In this document: one piece after another, positions 63,984 through 64,000 of the stretch
How positions within the stretch are numbered: the first letter of the stretch is position 1
Layout of the letters: each line of letters starts with the position of its first letter
NCBI GenBank assembly: GCA_963850305.1
Contig: CAWKKR010000006.1
Span: 205,269-269,268, forward strand
Direction of reading: 5' to 3'
From: an uncultured delta proteobacterium
GTDB taxonomy: Bacteria; Myxococcota_A; Polyangia; Polyangiales; Polyangiaceae
DNA: 64,000 bases
Made by a program: the position numbers and the translations under genes
The notes under the pieces: model-generated
What the model saw: the letters and a program-made list of their open reading frames with translations, nothing else
Database searches by the model: none
What the model was told of the DNA's origin: nothing

Positions 63984-64000
63984 GCGGGGCGGACGGGACT
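63984..64000 (-). tRNA. 3' end of a tRNA-Asp-like gene or att duplicate (partial)
   Basis: Reverse complement AGTCCCGTCCGCCCCGC fits the T-arm/acceptor 3' half of tRNA-Asp; the anticodon is outside the window. Confidence 0.55.

Overview
High-GC bacterial DNA, most likely Myxococcota (Polyangiales-like); this is inferred from gene content. In order: (1) a minus-strand menaquinone cluster menG-F-D-H-A ... menC-E with no menB in view. It is interrupted by an antisense lipoprotein gene whose start codon was hit by a complete ISKra4/ISLre2-type IS (2085..3723, 9-bp TSD). (2) An ISAs1 remnant and a four-helix-bundle gene bracketed by complementary hexamer tracts. (3) ccmH-like, UvrD helicase, a hydrolase and a tiny Lys-rich histone-like gene. 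(4) A sulfur-relay/cysteine operon: rrf2-cysK-moeB-cysO-small ThiF-like-cysM-mec plus two exported repeat proteins. Its E1 enzyme appears split into a catalytic subunit lacking the N-terminal arginine-finger segment and a 96-aa dead partner that carries it; this is the top finding. (5) Housekeeping genes (fadD-like, miaB, gamma-CA, thiS, L,D-transpeptidase, argC, hisS, ruvX, mltG, tkt). (6) A 16-gene Tad/Flp pilus cluster with two ATPases, one FHA-fused. (7) Stand-alone EF-G, a response regulator, a Ser/Thr kinase and a polyprenyl synthase. (8) A ~5.3-kb scrambled island of gene fragments ending in a group II intron 5' half, an integrase C-terminus and a tRNA-Asp-like 3' end. Many genes carry single frameshifts that are probably long-read errors; four of them are +1 insertions inside AGATC. 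Family names come from motif recognition only; no database searches were run.
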